This document shows positions 52,701-64,000 of a DNA stretch of 64,000 bases, piece by piece. Each line of letters opens with the position of its first letter. The stretch's first letter is position 1. The DNA is from Octopus sinensis (taxonomy: Eukaryota), in NCBI RefSeq assembly GCF_006345805.1, contig NC_042999.1, forward strand, positions 97,154,001 to 97,218,000, in the 5' to 3' direction. The notes under the pieces were generated by a model. It worked only from the letters and a program-made list of their open reading frames with translations. It was not told where the DNA came from and did not search any database. The translations under genes were made by a program, and so were the position numbers.

Positions 52701-55700
52701 AACTATCTAACACGTGCCAGCATAGAAAGCAGAGGGTAAATGATGATGATAAGAACTCAGAGGTGGAGTGTATAATTGAGTGTTAACTGATAAGAGAGAG
52801 ATCAAATTGTTAACTATGCGAGATCAAATCTTCCTCAAGAGCATCACAAAACAACAGAGAATCATCGTTGTCATTATTCTACACCTGTTTCTCTTTGCTT
52901 GTATGTGCCCAATCCATTAATTTAACATGTCCCTTCCCTATTTCTCAATTAATGCAAGTTATGTGAAATACCATATAACTGATTCCTGATCTTTCAATAG
53001 TTTCTCATCAATATTTCTCATTCTTGTACTCATTAGTATCCATGTTGCTGTTGTTAATGTTATTTATCCCACCAATCAGCGCTGATCAAGCAGATCTACA
53101 ACCAAAAGCATTCAAAGCATTCCAGCTGCAACCATCTCGTTTCATTATTTAGGCATTTGCTTATCTAACATGTCCTACATATATTTTAAGACAGTAGGGA
53201 GAATTTGACTGGTACTTGTAGCACAGAGACTCCTTCAATGCACTCACCGACTTGCTAGTAACATATGGCTATATCATAAAAGATAAAAGACAAAGAAACC
53301 AAAAACGTAACTCAAAATCAACCATCAAGATTTTTAAACTGCAGAATGTTATAATCTGTTCATACAGAGGTTGTAAAACAAAGAAATAAACTACACCTAC
53401 CTGTAGCAGACTGCGGTCACTGAATTTATAGCCTAAATAGCCTTCAAGAATGGCCAAAGACTTATGGAATCGTAGATGACATAACAAAACAGGTAATAAC
53501 ATGACATGCTGAAAAGAAAGGAAAAAGAATAGATTTTATAAGTCAATTCATACTTTTTAGTATACTTCTGATGATGATTTAACAAAGTAAGGTATTGGAG
53601 TGGTAAAATGGATAAAGGTGCCAAACAAAATGCTTTGTGGTATTTAGATATATCATTTTATGTTCTGAGTTGAAATCCCTCTCGGCCATTTTCACTTTTC
53701 ATTTGTCTGGTGAGTCAACAAATTAAGTACCATGGGTGGGTCTCATGGAAGAGGGAGAAGACATTGGATGAGGTACTGAAGGACAATCTTAGGATGCTGA
53801 TCCTTTCAAACATGATGGCAAATGACTAAGATGCCAGGCACCTTGCTGTACTCAAGAAGACCTGTCCACCACAATAGAAATGTTAAGGCCACTTCGCTTG
53901 AAGAGGATTGACCAGCAAAAGTCCTGTGCTGGTAACACATAAAAAGCACTTGTGTTGGTGCCACGTAAAAGTGCTCATGCTGGTGCCATGTTGCAAGCAC
54001 CCAGCACACACTGTGAAGTGATTAGTATCAAGAAGGGCATCCAGCTGTAGAAGCCAAGCCAAATTAGACTGGAACCTGGTGCAATTTCCCAGCTTGCCAG
54101 TTCTGGTCAAGCCATCCAACCCATGCCAGCATGGAAAACAGACGTTAAGGGATGAGAATGCTGATGTACCAAACAAAATGCTTTATAGTATTTAGATACA
54201 TCCTTTTATGCCCTGAGTTCAAATCCCTCTCGGTGATCTTCACTTTTCATTTATCTGGTGAGTCAACAATTGAGTAAGTACCACAAATATACTGGATCAC
54301 ATGAAGTAAGAGCTGATAGCACATACCTGACACACATCAGACTTGATACCAGTTCGGATAAAACCTTCACTGCTGATTTCCACAGTCACTTCTCTTTTCA
54401 TTGTACTGAAAAACAAAGAGGACTTGCTTAATAATTATTAATACTAACCACCATAAAGATTTCTTTTTGTTTTTGTTTTATTTTCATTCTATGCTATCAG
54501 CTTTGCTACAAGAAGTTGCTAGCTTCTCACTCAACTATTCTCCATTCCTGGGAAAACATGCTGCAAGAAGGCCTTCATCACCCTTTCCATAGTACAACAA
54601 AGCCAGTTCCCAAAGCTAGAAAAAAAGAGAGAGAAGCAGAGGGAGAGAAGAAACGACTCTAATATCTGACTAATATTTTATTAGTGATGCCTTGAAAGAC
54701 AAAAGACAAAGTTGATTTAGGAAGGGTCTAAGGATAGAGCACAGAAAGCCAAAACAAATCCTGAAAACCAATCTGTTCAATGCTCTGACACTATCAAACT
54801 ACTCACTGCAAGCCACCAAACTATTAATACTACTGCCGTAATCACTGTACATACTACTGTAATCACTGTAAACCACCAAACTATTATTAACATGTCAGTA
54901 CTTTAAACCACAAAACAATTCTCAGTGATGTGTATCCTAATTTTTAAAACAGGCATGCTGTGTCCCTGCTTGTGAGAGGCAGCTAACAGATCTGGCATAG
55001 GGAAGAGTCTTTGGCCATACAACATACTCAACACATGCCAGCATGAAAAAGCAGACAAATGATGATGATGGTGGTGGTGGCAGTAGTAGTGGTGGTGATG
55101 GTGGCAGTAGTGGTGGTGGTGGTGGTGGTGTAGGTGTATTTGTTGATGATGATGATGTAGCCATCATAAACTACCACACTGGCCAACAACTTTAATTCTG
55201 GTTGACATCACTTCAATCACCACTACACCTTAACCTTTGACACATCAACTAGTACTATAAAAAAGAGACAACATCACTATAGTTGCTGCTACGACTCTCA
55301 TAACATCCCTACAGTCACTGCCATGCACCACATCCACCACTACTACACCACCACTGCCAACATCACACCACCACACCCATCATCATACACCCACAGAGAC
55401 CATCATCTGGCCCTTCATCTTTCGCCACAAGATAAGTAAAATTAGAATTAAAATAAAACTGAAATTTTCAAAAATCTAACTCACCTTTTGAGTCGCAATT
55501 GCTGTAGAAATTCTTCCTTCATCTGTAATTTGTTTTTATCTGCATATGTTACTTTTGGTTTGCTCGTTAGCAGGTGTTTATACTTCACATATTGTTTCCA
55601 GGCTTTCTGATAACTGTAGAATAAGAAAATGAAAGTATATTATGAGAGAAATTGGGAGATGAACAAAGACATGCCAACAGAGCTACAGTTTTAACAATAA

Positions 55701-57071
55701 ATATCTCAGATACCCAGATGTGTTCTCATTTCATTTTATACTCAAATTCAAATGATCTGTCATCTATCTGAGCATCCATCTCATCAACCCAGAAATTTCT
55801 AGAGAAACAGTTTAATGCATTGAGGAGTGAATTCTGTCTTAGAAGAATGATAGGCAGCATTAACATGAGCATGGTTTGGACAAAGAATATAATGAAAATA
55901 AAACTGTATTTAGTCTTATAATAAAGTGTAATGAGAGCGTAATGGTCTGACTCTAACTTTATAATTGGAAAGCCAACCACTGTGGAAAAAAACATTTCCT
56001 CATCATTAGTTTAATATATTTTCCATGTTGAAATGGGTTAGATAGGTATGCAAACAGCATATCTTCAGTCATCTAAATACTGAGTCATCTGTTTTATAAG
56101 TATACTTAGAACTAACCTCACCTTTATTGGTGAGCATACTCAGTACTTTATTAGTCAGCTTACTCAGAACTAACCTCACCTTTATTGGTGAGCATATTCA
56201 TAACTTAATTGGTCAGCATACTAAGAATTAACATCACTTTTATAGGTACTCACTATATCTGATACCTCCTACCATTAGCTATTAATACATTTTCTCATTC
56301 ATTCACATCACAAGCCTATCCATATCAATTACTTCAGCTTTCCTGTAAACAGCAACTGATGTCCTCAATGCCAAGTAACCTTTCCAACTCATTTGTACTC
56401 AGCCTTTTGTGTAAATTTACACTGCACACTTATGAAATTATAGTTAGCTCATTTCTCTCCGATGCTTATTGTTATTCTAGGACTTATTCATGTCTCACCA
56501 CCTTAAAACATTAGTTCAATCTAACAATATGCAAAATTGTCAAAAAGATTTTTTTCATTTTAAAAAATTGTTACAGTTCTTAGAAAGAAGGGAAAAGGTC
56601 AAATAAATCAACACAACATATTAGTAGCACTCATTTTATACCAAGAGGTATAAAAAGTAAATCAGCCCTGATGAGATTTGAACACAGAATGCATAAGGCA
56701 TTTACTATTTCTTAATGAGAATAATTAACCACTTTTATTAACATGCTTTAGCTGATATTTGAAAAGTTGTTCATACTTAGGGTCACCGGCATAACTGAGC
56801 TGTGCTGGACGTATACCAAAATGAATGATGAGAGGATATGTGATCACATCTGGTTTTAACTGCTGCCGATCAAGTTGGTCAACACGGATAGAACTTGGTT
56901 TCTGAAACAGAGAATAGTTACACATCTAAAGTCTGTGGAGCAACTATGTGTTGGTCATGTTGCTGATATTATGTTAAATATTTGTGATGGCATAAGTGTA
57001 ATAAGGCTGTGATTTCAAAGTATGTGTGACAGTATTACAACTATCGTATGACACATACACACAAACACATG

Positions 57072-57102
<31 letters not shown>

Positions 57103-60100
57103 ATGTGTGTGTGTGTAATATATATATATAAACAATGAACTTCTTTCACTTTCCACCGACCAAATCTGCTCACAAAACTTTGATTGGCCCAAAGTTATAG
57201 AAGAACACACTTACCCATAGCGCTGCACAGTGAGACTGACCTAAAATCATGTGGTTAGTAAGCAAGCTTCTTAATCACACAGTCATGCCTGCACCCATAC
57301 AGACTCTATGGTCCCATATCAGGAATTGAACACGAGTTGCTTGTGTGAAAGCCAAGTGTTCTAACCTCAAAACACTGCTAGTAATATTGATGGTCACTAA
57401 TAAATTTTCCTTCCCTCATATTTAATTCTAGTTAGCTTTTTAATGCTCCATGCACTAAATATATAAATACTAAATTCACTGTTTATAAACAATTCTATTT
57501 TCCTATACCAGCAAAGGTACAATCTTATATAGTTAAATAGTGAATCTTTCAACATTAGTTTGGTAAGTATGCTGCAAGGTATGCTTTACTGAGGAGGAAA
57601 GAATAAAACTGAAACCCATCTGGAGTTGTAGCCCGTACTGAACATCATATTAGTCATTGGTATAATTATTTCAACTTCGCTCTTTAATACTTAATGTAAT
57701 GAATATCTTAACACTAACTTACCTAAAATTTTTCATGTTGATAGTGTCTTTGTATTATTTTATAATAATAATAATACTTTCTACTAAAGGCACAAAGCCT
57801 GAAATCTTGAGGGCAGTGGCAAGTCATTACATCAACCCCAGTGCTCAACTGGTACTTATTTTATCAACCCCAAAAAGATGAATGGCAAAGCTGACCTCAG
57901 AGGAATTTGAACTCAGAACATAAAGACAGACAAAATGCTTAGAGGCATTTTGTCCAGCATACTAACAATTCTGCCAGCTCATAGCTTTCATAATAATAAC
58001 AACAACAACAATAATAATTAATAACACTACTAACCATTCCAGGTTTACTGACAATCATACCTCGAACTTCATCTACCAAGTTCTGCCACTCATTGTTGTC
58101 ATATTTAAGAAGCTGAGCCAGTTCCGTCTCTTCCAGAAGAGGCTTGGAACTGCCCAACAAATATAGCAGTACTTCATTCATTGACAAAATTTCTTTACCA
58201 TTGTCTGCAACAGAATACAAAAAGAATACACACTAAATTTACAAAACGAAAACATCAATAATTTCTTTCATAGGTACAAGGTCACAAATTAGGTGGAAGG
58301 AATAATCAGTCAATGAAAGTGATCCCAGTGATGAAAGGCAAAGTTGACATCTACAAGATATGAGCTCAGATAATAAAGAGCCAGAAGAAATACCACAATA
58401 TATTTTGTCCAACACTCAAACAATTCTGCCAATCCACATGCTTAATAAGGCCACAAATTCTGGGTGAGGGAACTGTGAATTATATCAACACCATATTTGA
58501 GACCTATTGTATTTTATCAACCCCTAAAAGATGAAAGGAAAAGTCATCCTCCACAAGACAGAATATTCAAAATCAGAACATAAAGGGACACAACTAAATA
58601 GTTCATCTGATGTAATCCAATACTCTATTGATTCTGTCACCCTACTGTGCTCATTTCTTTGAATGTCACAGGATGAAAGATGGGACTGATGGTGGATTAC
58701 AAGCACAGCAGTGAGGTAACATAAAGATAACATTACAGTAGAAGACATCTTCTCACACATACATGCTCTCATATATACACATGTTCACATACTCACAAAA
58801 AATATCATAAGACCATCAAACCACCAATTAAGCTCTCTTCTTTCTCTGTTCCACAAAATAAGCAGCAACATCATCATTACCATTATCAATAACAAGAGGA
58901 GAAATCTGATAAAATAGTTGAGAAATAAAGGAAGCTGAGTAACTGCAAACTCACCTGGCAATTCGCGTGCAAACCGAGGCATAAGATGAAACCTACTACA
59001 ACTGATTTCATTTCCGGGGCCTTTCCAGTCCAAATCTACAAGTTCTAGGATCTCATTAAAGAGGAAATGACACACTTGATCCAGGGACCGAACAGTGAAA
59101 TTCTGCAGCACAAGAAAAATGAAATAAACAAAGAGAAACTGTAAAGAAACAGCTAACTTAGATTAAAATTTTTAAGATGCATTCATATTCAATGGTTACC
59201 TCATATTTGATGTAACCATTACTTTATCCGTTTTCAGGGTTGAGAGGAAGTAAACAATAGCAAAAACCAGCACTATTTGCTGCTTTTCTTCTTTTTTAAA
59301 TATACATATTCTTTATTATATATATACAGGTATGGCTGTATAGAGGTGCAGGAGTGGCTGTGTGGTAAGTAGCTTGCTTACCAACCACATGGTTCCAGGT
59401 TCAGTCCCACTGCATGGCACCTTGAGCAAGTGTCGTCTACTATAACCTCAGGCTGACCAAAGCCTTGTGAGTGGATTTGGTAGACAGAAACTGAAAGAAG
59501 CCCATCGTATATTGTATGTGTGTGTGTGTGTGCCTGTGTGTCTGTTTTTGTACTCCCAACATCGCTTGACAACCAATGCTGGTGTGTTCATATCCCCGTA
59601 ACTAAGTGGTTCAGCAAAAGTGACCAACAGAACAAGTACTAAGCTTACAAAGAATAAGTTCTGGGGTTGATTTGCTCAACTAAAAGTGGTACTCCATCAT
59701 GGCTGCAGTCAAATGATGAAACAAAAGTGTAAAAGGGTATTTGCTTAGATAAAGAAGAGTGTGGTGCCCATGACGTTTGCAATCCTCCTTAGACTGGTTA
59801 GTTGTTCTACAGAAACTGGGTGGGGAGAAACCCCAGATGACAGAGATGATTATCAATGGCTGTTGCTATTACATCATCATCATCATTTAACGTCAGCCTT
59901 CCATGCTGGCATGGGTGGGACTACTGTAATGTTGTAAAACACAACACTATCATGTAGGTGTGGAGTGGTATGAGTTTTCCCTTTTTGATACCTATGTATA
60001 AAGGGAAGTAAAAATATGTGGAGTAAAAAGAACATAATTTGGAAAGGGTTTTGTTGTGTCTGTGTGTGCATCAAACAGTTATATCCAGCAGTTTTTACTA

Positions 60101-63100
60101 AAGGCACAAGGCTTGAAATCTTGAGAGCAGTGGCCAGTTATTACATCAATCCCAGTGCTCAACTGGTATTTATTTTATCAACCCCAAAAGGAAGAAAGGC
60201 AAAGCTGACCTCAGTGGAATTTGAACTCAAAACCATTGGCTATATCTACCAGATTTATTGACCAAGTCTATCTTGAACCATTGCTTGCTAAAAACAGCAG
60301 TTAAATTCAACTCAGACAATATCTTATCTTCTTCAAAAAGAACACATTGAATACTGCATTCTATGAAAATAGATAGAGTAATCATAGTTGGACGGCATTA
60401 TCATAATACTGCTAGATCAGAGCTAGTTTGGAATTAAACAATATCAACAAATAATTGTCTCAACTATTTTGATGCTTTCTTTTGGTTTTCAGTGCTTACC
60501 AAGAGCAAATTAAAGTTGTTATAATGTTTTGATTTATCTGACAAACTATAAAAATAGCTGAGGCTCATCTGATTGATCTTGAGATTTAATATGATTAGTT
60601 GGCAAGAAAAAACTTGATATCAAGATATCTGATTTAATAATTCAATGTTTTCAAATCAAATTAGAGTTTCTGAAGTAAATACCTGGGACATATTGGATAC
60701 CAATTCCTAACAAATATAAAAAGATAGCCTAGTGCCTAATCCAAAAGAAATCTTCACAAAGAATGGGGATATAGTGTTGAATCCCCTTTCTGTGACTACA
60801 GAGCTTTCTAAATTATGGGTCACCAGCTTGTTTGTGTATTATTGGATAATTTGATAAATAATATGAAGAATGTGCAAGACTGCATAAAAAAGTGGTAGGT
60901 TTTGATAAAGACATAAAACAACAATATGGATGTCACATGAGAAAACTGGTATAAACAACAGTGAAGAAAAGTAATTGTTAAAAAATACAAAATAAACTCA
61001 CCTCTGGCATTTTCTCCTCAAAAAAATGGATTGTGTATTCAATATTGAATCGGATCACTTTACAAACAGGAACCTAATAGAAAGTAGAATATGAGATCAC
61101 AGATTTATCCAGTATATCTCATGAGACTGCTACTTCTTTCAACAAATCCCTACATCAAACATCACATACAATCTTTCATCTCAGAAGACATTATAATCTA
61201 TCCATAACCTCTTCTTACATTTGCATTTTGCCTATCCCCACTTCTTACAACTTTCAATAATTTCCAACTACTTTCATACACAAATATCTTTCAAGAAAAG
61301 ACAATAGTGACACATCAAAATCAACAAAAAACACTCCTACATACAGAGTCAACCTGCTTAACAATTCAACCATAGTTTTTTTTTTTTTTCAATAAATATA
61401 CCACATTATGTACAACAACAATATTACACACTTTAGGCAATATACAATATTATGAGCCGACAACAGAGATGGTCACATGGTCACCCAATATGCTATAAAT
61501 AGCAGTCAAATTTCTCTCAAAATCACACCCCACCATCTTAAAAAAAGAAGACACATTTGCTAATGAACTTCTACATAACTCTAAAAACAGGATGAACACT
61601 GCTGGATAAACTTCAGTCATAAATTTGTTCAATCAGGATTGACCAAAATCTAAACAACAACAGCAAACAATACTAACGCATAACATTAACTGAAAGACAA
61701 CACAACTTACGTTCTCTAACTGGTAATGAGAAAGAAGAGAAAATCCTTCAAAGATATATTCATGATTATCATGCTCAATGATGGTGGGGTTTTTACTCTG
61801 AAAAGAAAGGAGACATATCAATTATTAAGACATCAACATTATCAATAATGAAAAGCAAAAGCTGAATAAGAATGGTGATAAAAGCTATATATAATAATAT
61901 AGTTCCTGATATACAAAAGATGGGATTAACAGGTCTTACATCATAGTTTTGTTTGATTATGATTGAACTGGGAACACACAACAATAATAAATCCCCTTCT
62001 TTCCACTTCACCACCTGGTTCATTCCTCTGCACACATACATGCCAAGTACAGAAACATATCCAGTTGTTTCAAACTAAGAAGGCCACCACCCCAGACAAT
62101 TTTGCTTCTATTTTACAGAAATAATGTGTCCCACAGCTAACACCTATCCTCACCAAACCTTTTCATTTTTCTCTCCCTCAACAGAAGTATAACCCAATTA
62201 CTGGAAACATACTATAGTGCATCACATTTCTAAAAAAAGGCAACCTCTCTCATCCTGCCAACTACCATTTTCTCACACACACTTCCACTATCAATAACAA
62301 CTATGACACTTCATCACCTATTGTTGCTATGGCAATTATAAGTGGTCCTGAGTTCCAAGTTCCACCATAATAAGCTTTGCATATCATCCTTCCAGAGTCA
62401 ATAAATAAAGTACTAGTTAAGGGCAGTGTACTAGCAGAATCCTATCCTGTCATAGGCTACTTGGGTGGCAAAATTAATCCATTACCTAAATCATTAGCTT
62501 GTCTTTGGATGCCATTAACAGAGCCAAGCCTATAGCAAACATTCAAGTCAGGTCTCTGGTTAGAAGATACTATCCTCCCACCTCTATCTTACTTGTAACG
62601 GGTCATAGCAACTGCCCTTCTTCCTAACTATGCATCATCATCATCCTTTAATATCTATTTTCCATTCTGTTTTCCATTCTGGCATGGGCCTGACAGGAGC
62701 TGATGAACCAGAGGACTATGCCATGTTCCAACATCTGCTTTGGTATGGTTTCTATGATTTGATGCCTTTCCTAACACCAACCCCTTTAGAGTGTACTGGA
62801 TGCTTTTTACATGGCAAATGCACAAGTGAAGTCACCAAGTAACTTGCAAAATAAGACCCCTCAAATGAGAGGTGTAACATTGAGGGAGATGGCTTTATAC
62901 CAAATAAGAGGTTAAGGTATGATAGAGGGGTGTAAGTAGAAACATGTGTCTCGTGATAGAGGAGATACATAGCTGGTTCTGGAATGCATCAGAATATCAT
63001 CAGGAAGGTGAATATAAGAGAAGTGGCCCAGAGGATCCTACAGGGTAAACAGATAGTAAGACTGTAAGAGTTGAAAGGAGAGTGGCAGATAGACAGAGAC

Positions 63101-63750
63101 GGGGATAGCGGTGAATGCAATGATTGATGAAACTATAAAAAAATATATAAAAGAAACATAATACTCTCCATATATACATTCATTAAAAGATATATTCACA
63201 CATTACTATGCAACATAATTATGCACTAGACAGATACACATTAAAATACATACACACACACAGAACCAACAATCCACACTACACAGCTACAAATAACACC
63301 CAAAATTATATCAGCAAGACTGAATGAAAAACAGTTACGAAAGAAACTAGCAAAAGTGTACTAACCAAAAAATTTGTGGATGGTGACATGGTGATGTGAT
63401 AATGGTATAACCTGTTGGCATTATTACTCTCTGAAACACATGGAATGATTTCCTGAAATGAAAGACAATATCAACATCATGATATCTCATTAACATAGCC
63501 ACAAAGAAACATTTATCAATTTGGTCATTTATACTCTTACAGTATTATAATTATACACAGATATACATGCCTTTATATTAAAGTACTGCACCATGCTATA
63601 CACTTCTATGTATGTAGACTACATACACTAAATATTATATAATGTCATATATAATGTAACACAACAAACCTCTTCTCCAGGGAATATATTGTGTCGAATT
63701 CCAGTCTTTCGTGCTTTTAGACTGCAACGACAGAGTGGTCCATCATTCAT
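34649..63750 (-). CDS. DROSHA: Drosha (class II RNase III), 3' portion: 22 coding exons, 2505 nt, 834 aa; 5' exons lie beyond the window
   Basis: Spliced translation is collinear with known Drosha: [113 protein letters not shown]. Every junction is GT-AG and phase-consistent. Confidence 0.97.
36462..36607 (-). CDS. DROSHA: Drosha exon, dsRBD ([48 protein letters not shown])
   Basis: 146 nt, phase 2/1, GTATGG donor. Confidence 0.96.
37513..38340 (-). mobile_element. RTE-clade LINE 3' fragment with (GAT)n tail and internal ~64-bp tandem repeats
   Basis: [52 protein letters not shown]; 3' end aggaagggcatccagccgtagaaa...gacgttaaacgatgatgatg. Confidence 0.85.
38731..38837 (-). CDS. DROSHA: Drosha exon, dsRBD start ([35 protein letters not shown])
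   Basis: 107 nt, phase 0/2, GTGAGT donor. Confidence 0.96.
40983..41065 (-). CDS. DROSHA: Drosha exon ([28 protein letters not shown])
   Basis: 83 nt, phase 1/0, GTAAGT donor. Confidence 0.95.
41371..41512 (-). CDS. DROSHA: Drosha exon ([21 protein letters not shown]...KEKADLLE)
   Basis: 142 nt, phase 0/1, GTTAGT donor. Confidence 0.95.
41632..42017. mobile_element. hAT-family MITE, 386 bp, with 14-bp TIRs and a perfect 8-bp target-site duplication
   Basis: TIRs CAGTGGTGGACTGG / CCAGTCTGCCACTG; TGTAGGGT at 41624-41631 and 42018-42025; internal 21-22-bp repeat x5 (41677-41785). Confidence 0.9.
43500..43762 (-). mobile_element. Short copy of the same RTE-related 3' end
   Basis: catcatcat-ttaacgttcgctttccatgctagcatgggttggacgg...ggatgcccttcctaac. 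Further decayed copies at ~36647-36960, 46590-47060, 50320-50640, 52590-52750, 53800-54150, 62626-63000. Confidence 0.75.
44180..44590 (+). mobile_element. tRNA-derived SINE, near full length, with internal (TA)/(TG) tract
   Basis: ggcgcaggagtggctgtgtggtaag (A box), ggttcagtccc (B box), (aaagagt) tail. Related copies at 59345-59735 (+), 57125-57295 (-), and a head fragment at 29535-29592. Confidence 0.85.
45338..45443 (-). CDS. DROSHA: Drosha exon, RNase IIIb signature ([35 protein letters not shown])
   Basis: 106 nt, phase 2/0, GTGAGT donor. Confidence 0.96.
46169..46272 (-). CDS. DROSHA: Drosha exon, RNase IIIb start ([34 protein letters not shown])
   Basis: 104 nt, phase 0/2, GTAAGT donor. 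Confidence 0.95.
47219..47388 (-). CDS. DROSHA: Drosha exon (ALFLDGG...[25 protein letters not shown])
   Basis: 170 nt, phase 1/0, GTACTT donor. Confidence 0.94.
48011..48113 (-). CDS. DROSHA: Drosha exon ([34 protein letters not shown])
   Basis: 103 nt, phase 0/1, GTAAGT donor. Confidence 0.96.
48731..48830 (-). CDS. DROSHA: Drosha exon ([33 protein letters not shown])
   Basis: 100 nt, phase 2/0, GTTTGT donor. Confidence 0.95.
50090..50210 (-). CDS. DROSHA: Drosha exon, RNase IIIa signature ([10 protein letters not shown]...[17 protein letters not shown])
   Basis: 121 nt, phase 1/2, GTAAAC donor. Confidence 0.96.
51812..52030 (+). mobile_element. Decayed Nin-domain-type SINE
   Basis: Collinear with the 24229 unit. 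Similar decayed copies at ~39715-39905, 57782-57985, 60098-60232. Confidence 0.75.
52340..52478 (-). CDS. DROSHA: Drosha exon, RNase IIIa start ([23 protein letters not shown]...HTRKR)
   Basis: 139 nt, phase 0/1, GTCTGT donor. Confidence 0.96.
53401..53508 (-). CDS. DROSHA: Drosha exon ([18 protein letters not shown]...FSDRSLLQ)
   Basis: 108 nt, phase 0/0, GTAGGT donor. Confidence 0.95.
54327..54405 (-). CDS. DROSHA: Drosha exon ([26 protein letters not shown])
   Basis: 79 nt, phase 2/0, GTATGT donor. Confidence 0.95.
55485..55613 (-). CDS. DROSHA: Drosha exon ([15 protein letters not shown]...QQLRLK)
   Basis: 129 nt, phase 2/2, GTGAGT donor. Confidence 0.95.
56777..56901 (-). CDS. DROSHA: Drosha exon ([12 protein letters not shown]...[15 protein letters not shown])
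   Basis: 125 nt, phase 0/2, GTATGA donor. Confidence 0.95.
58035..58204 (-). CDS. DROSHA: Drosha exon ([17 protein letters not shown]...[10 protein letters not shown])
   Basis: 170 nt, phase 1/0, GTTAGT donor. Confidence 0.95.
58955..59102 (-). CDS. DROSHA: Drosha exon ([21 protein letters not shown]...[15 protein letters not shown])
   Basis: 148 nt, phase 0/1, GTGAGT donor. Confidence 0.95.
59345..59735 (+). mobile_element. Older copy of the 44180 SINE family
   Basis: Collinear with 44180-44590, with many CpG to TpG/CpA changes. Confidence 0.8.
61002..61073 (-). CDS. DROSHA: Drosha exon ([24 protein letters not shown])
   Basis: 72 nt, phase 0/0, GTGAGT donor. Confidence 0.95.
61711..61797 (-). 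CDS. DROSHA: Drosha exon ([29 protein letters not shown])
   Basis: 87 nt, phase 0/0, GTAAGT donor. Confidence 0.95.
63366..63452 (-). CDS. DROSHA: Drosha exon ([29 protein letters not shown])
   Basis: 87 nt, phase 0/0, ttcAG acceptor, GTTAGT donor. Confidence 0.93.
63670..63750 (-). CDS. DROSHA: Drosha exon ([27 protein letters not shown])
   Basis: 81 nt, phase 0/0, tttAG acceptor, GTTTGT donor. Confidence 0.95.
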
Positions 63751-64000
63751 CTAAAATGATAAAAAATGTAACTTCAAATTTCTTTGACACCATGGCTTAC
63801 TGGAGATCAAATTAAAACTTACTAGTGCATTTCTCGTAAAAAGTTTAGAACATTTTTGAAGGTTAAAAATTTTAAAACAAATATAGAAAACTATTGCTTC
63901 CTGTCTTTTAGCAATTATACTTGTATATAAGAAAATTTCAATTAACATGCTTTTGAGGACTCTTCAGTGTTAGTATGGATTTTCATTATGTTTTATAAAA

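Noticed and set aside
34746-63670. Minor-class (U12) introns in Drosha
   Set aside because: None of the 21 donors matches GTATCCTT/ATATCCTT; all are ordinary GT-AG.
34649-63750. Dicer as the identity of the tandem RNase III gene
   Set aside because: The motifs ([46 protein letters not shown]) are Drosha-specific, and no helicase, DUF283 or canonical PAZ sequence is seen.

Overview
AT-rich, microsatellite-dense animal DNA. The SINE/RTE repeat complement most resembles a coleoid cephalopod such as Octopus (inference). Two convergent, intron-rich genes are present, each entering from outside the window. (1) Minus strand, 34649-63750: the 3' 22 coding exons of Drosha. All are GT-AG and phase-compatible, giving 834 aa from 'MNDGPLCRC' through the central domain, RNase IIIa, RNase IIIb and dsRBD to the stop; the N-terminus lies beyond 64000. 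(2) Plus strand, 686-17689: an unrecognised type I membrane, mucin-like gene. It has a short exon resembling a C2/Notch-ligand N-terminal domain, a ~3.8-kb Ser/Thr-rich exon, one transmembrane helix and a polyproline tail. The ectodomain joins the TM frame only if a 269-nt GTAAGT...TAG segment inside the open ORF (14392-14660) is spliced out, which suggests a membrane/secreted switch. Introns and the intergenic region contain hammerhead-ribozyme motifs (one near-perfect, 29681-29781), two LINEs embedded in microsatellites (Tx1-like in GATA, Dong/R4-like in TAA), a CR1-like LINE with a twin-priming-type 5' inversion, a hAT MITE with a perfect 8-bp TSD, Helitron, mariner, hAT and RTE remnants, and many SINEs. 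CpG is visibly depleted inside Drosha but not outside it. Everything was read by eye; no searches were run.
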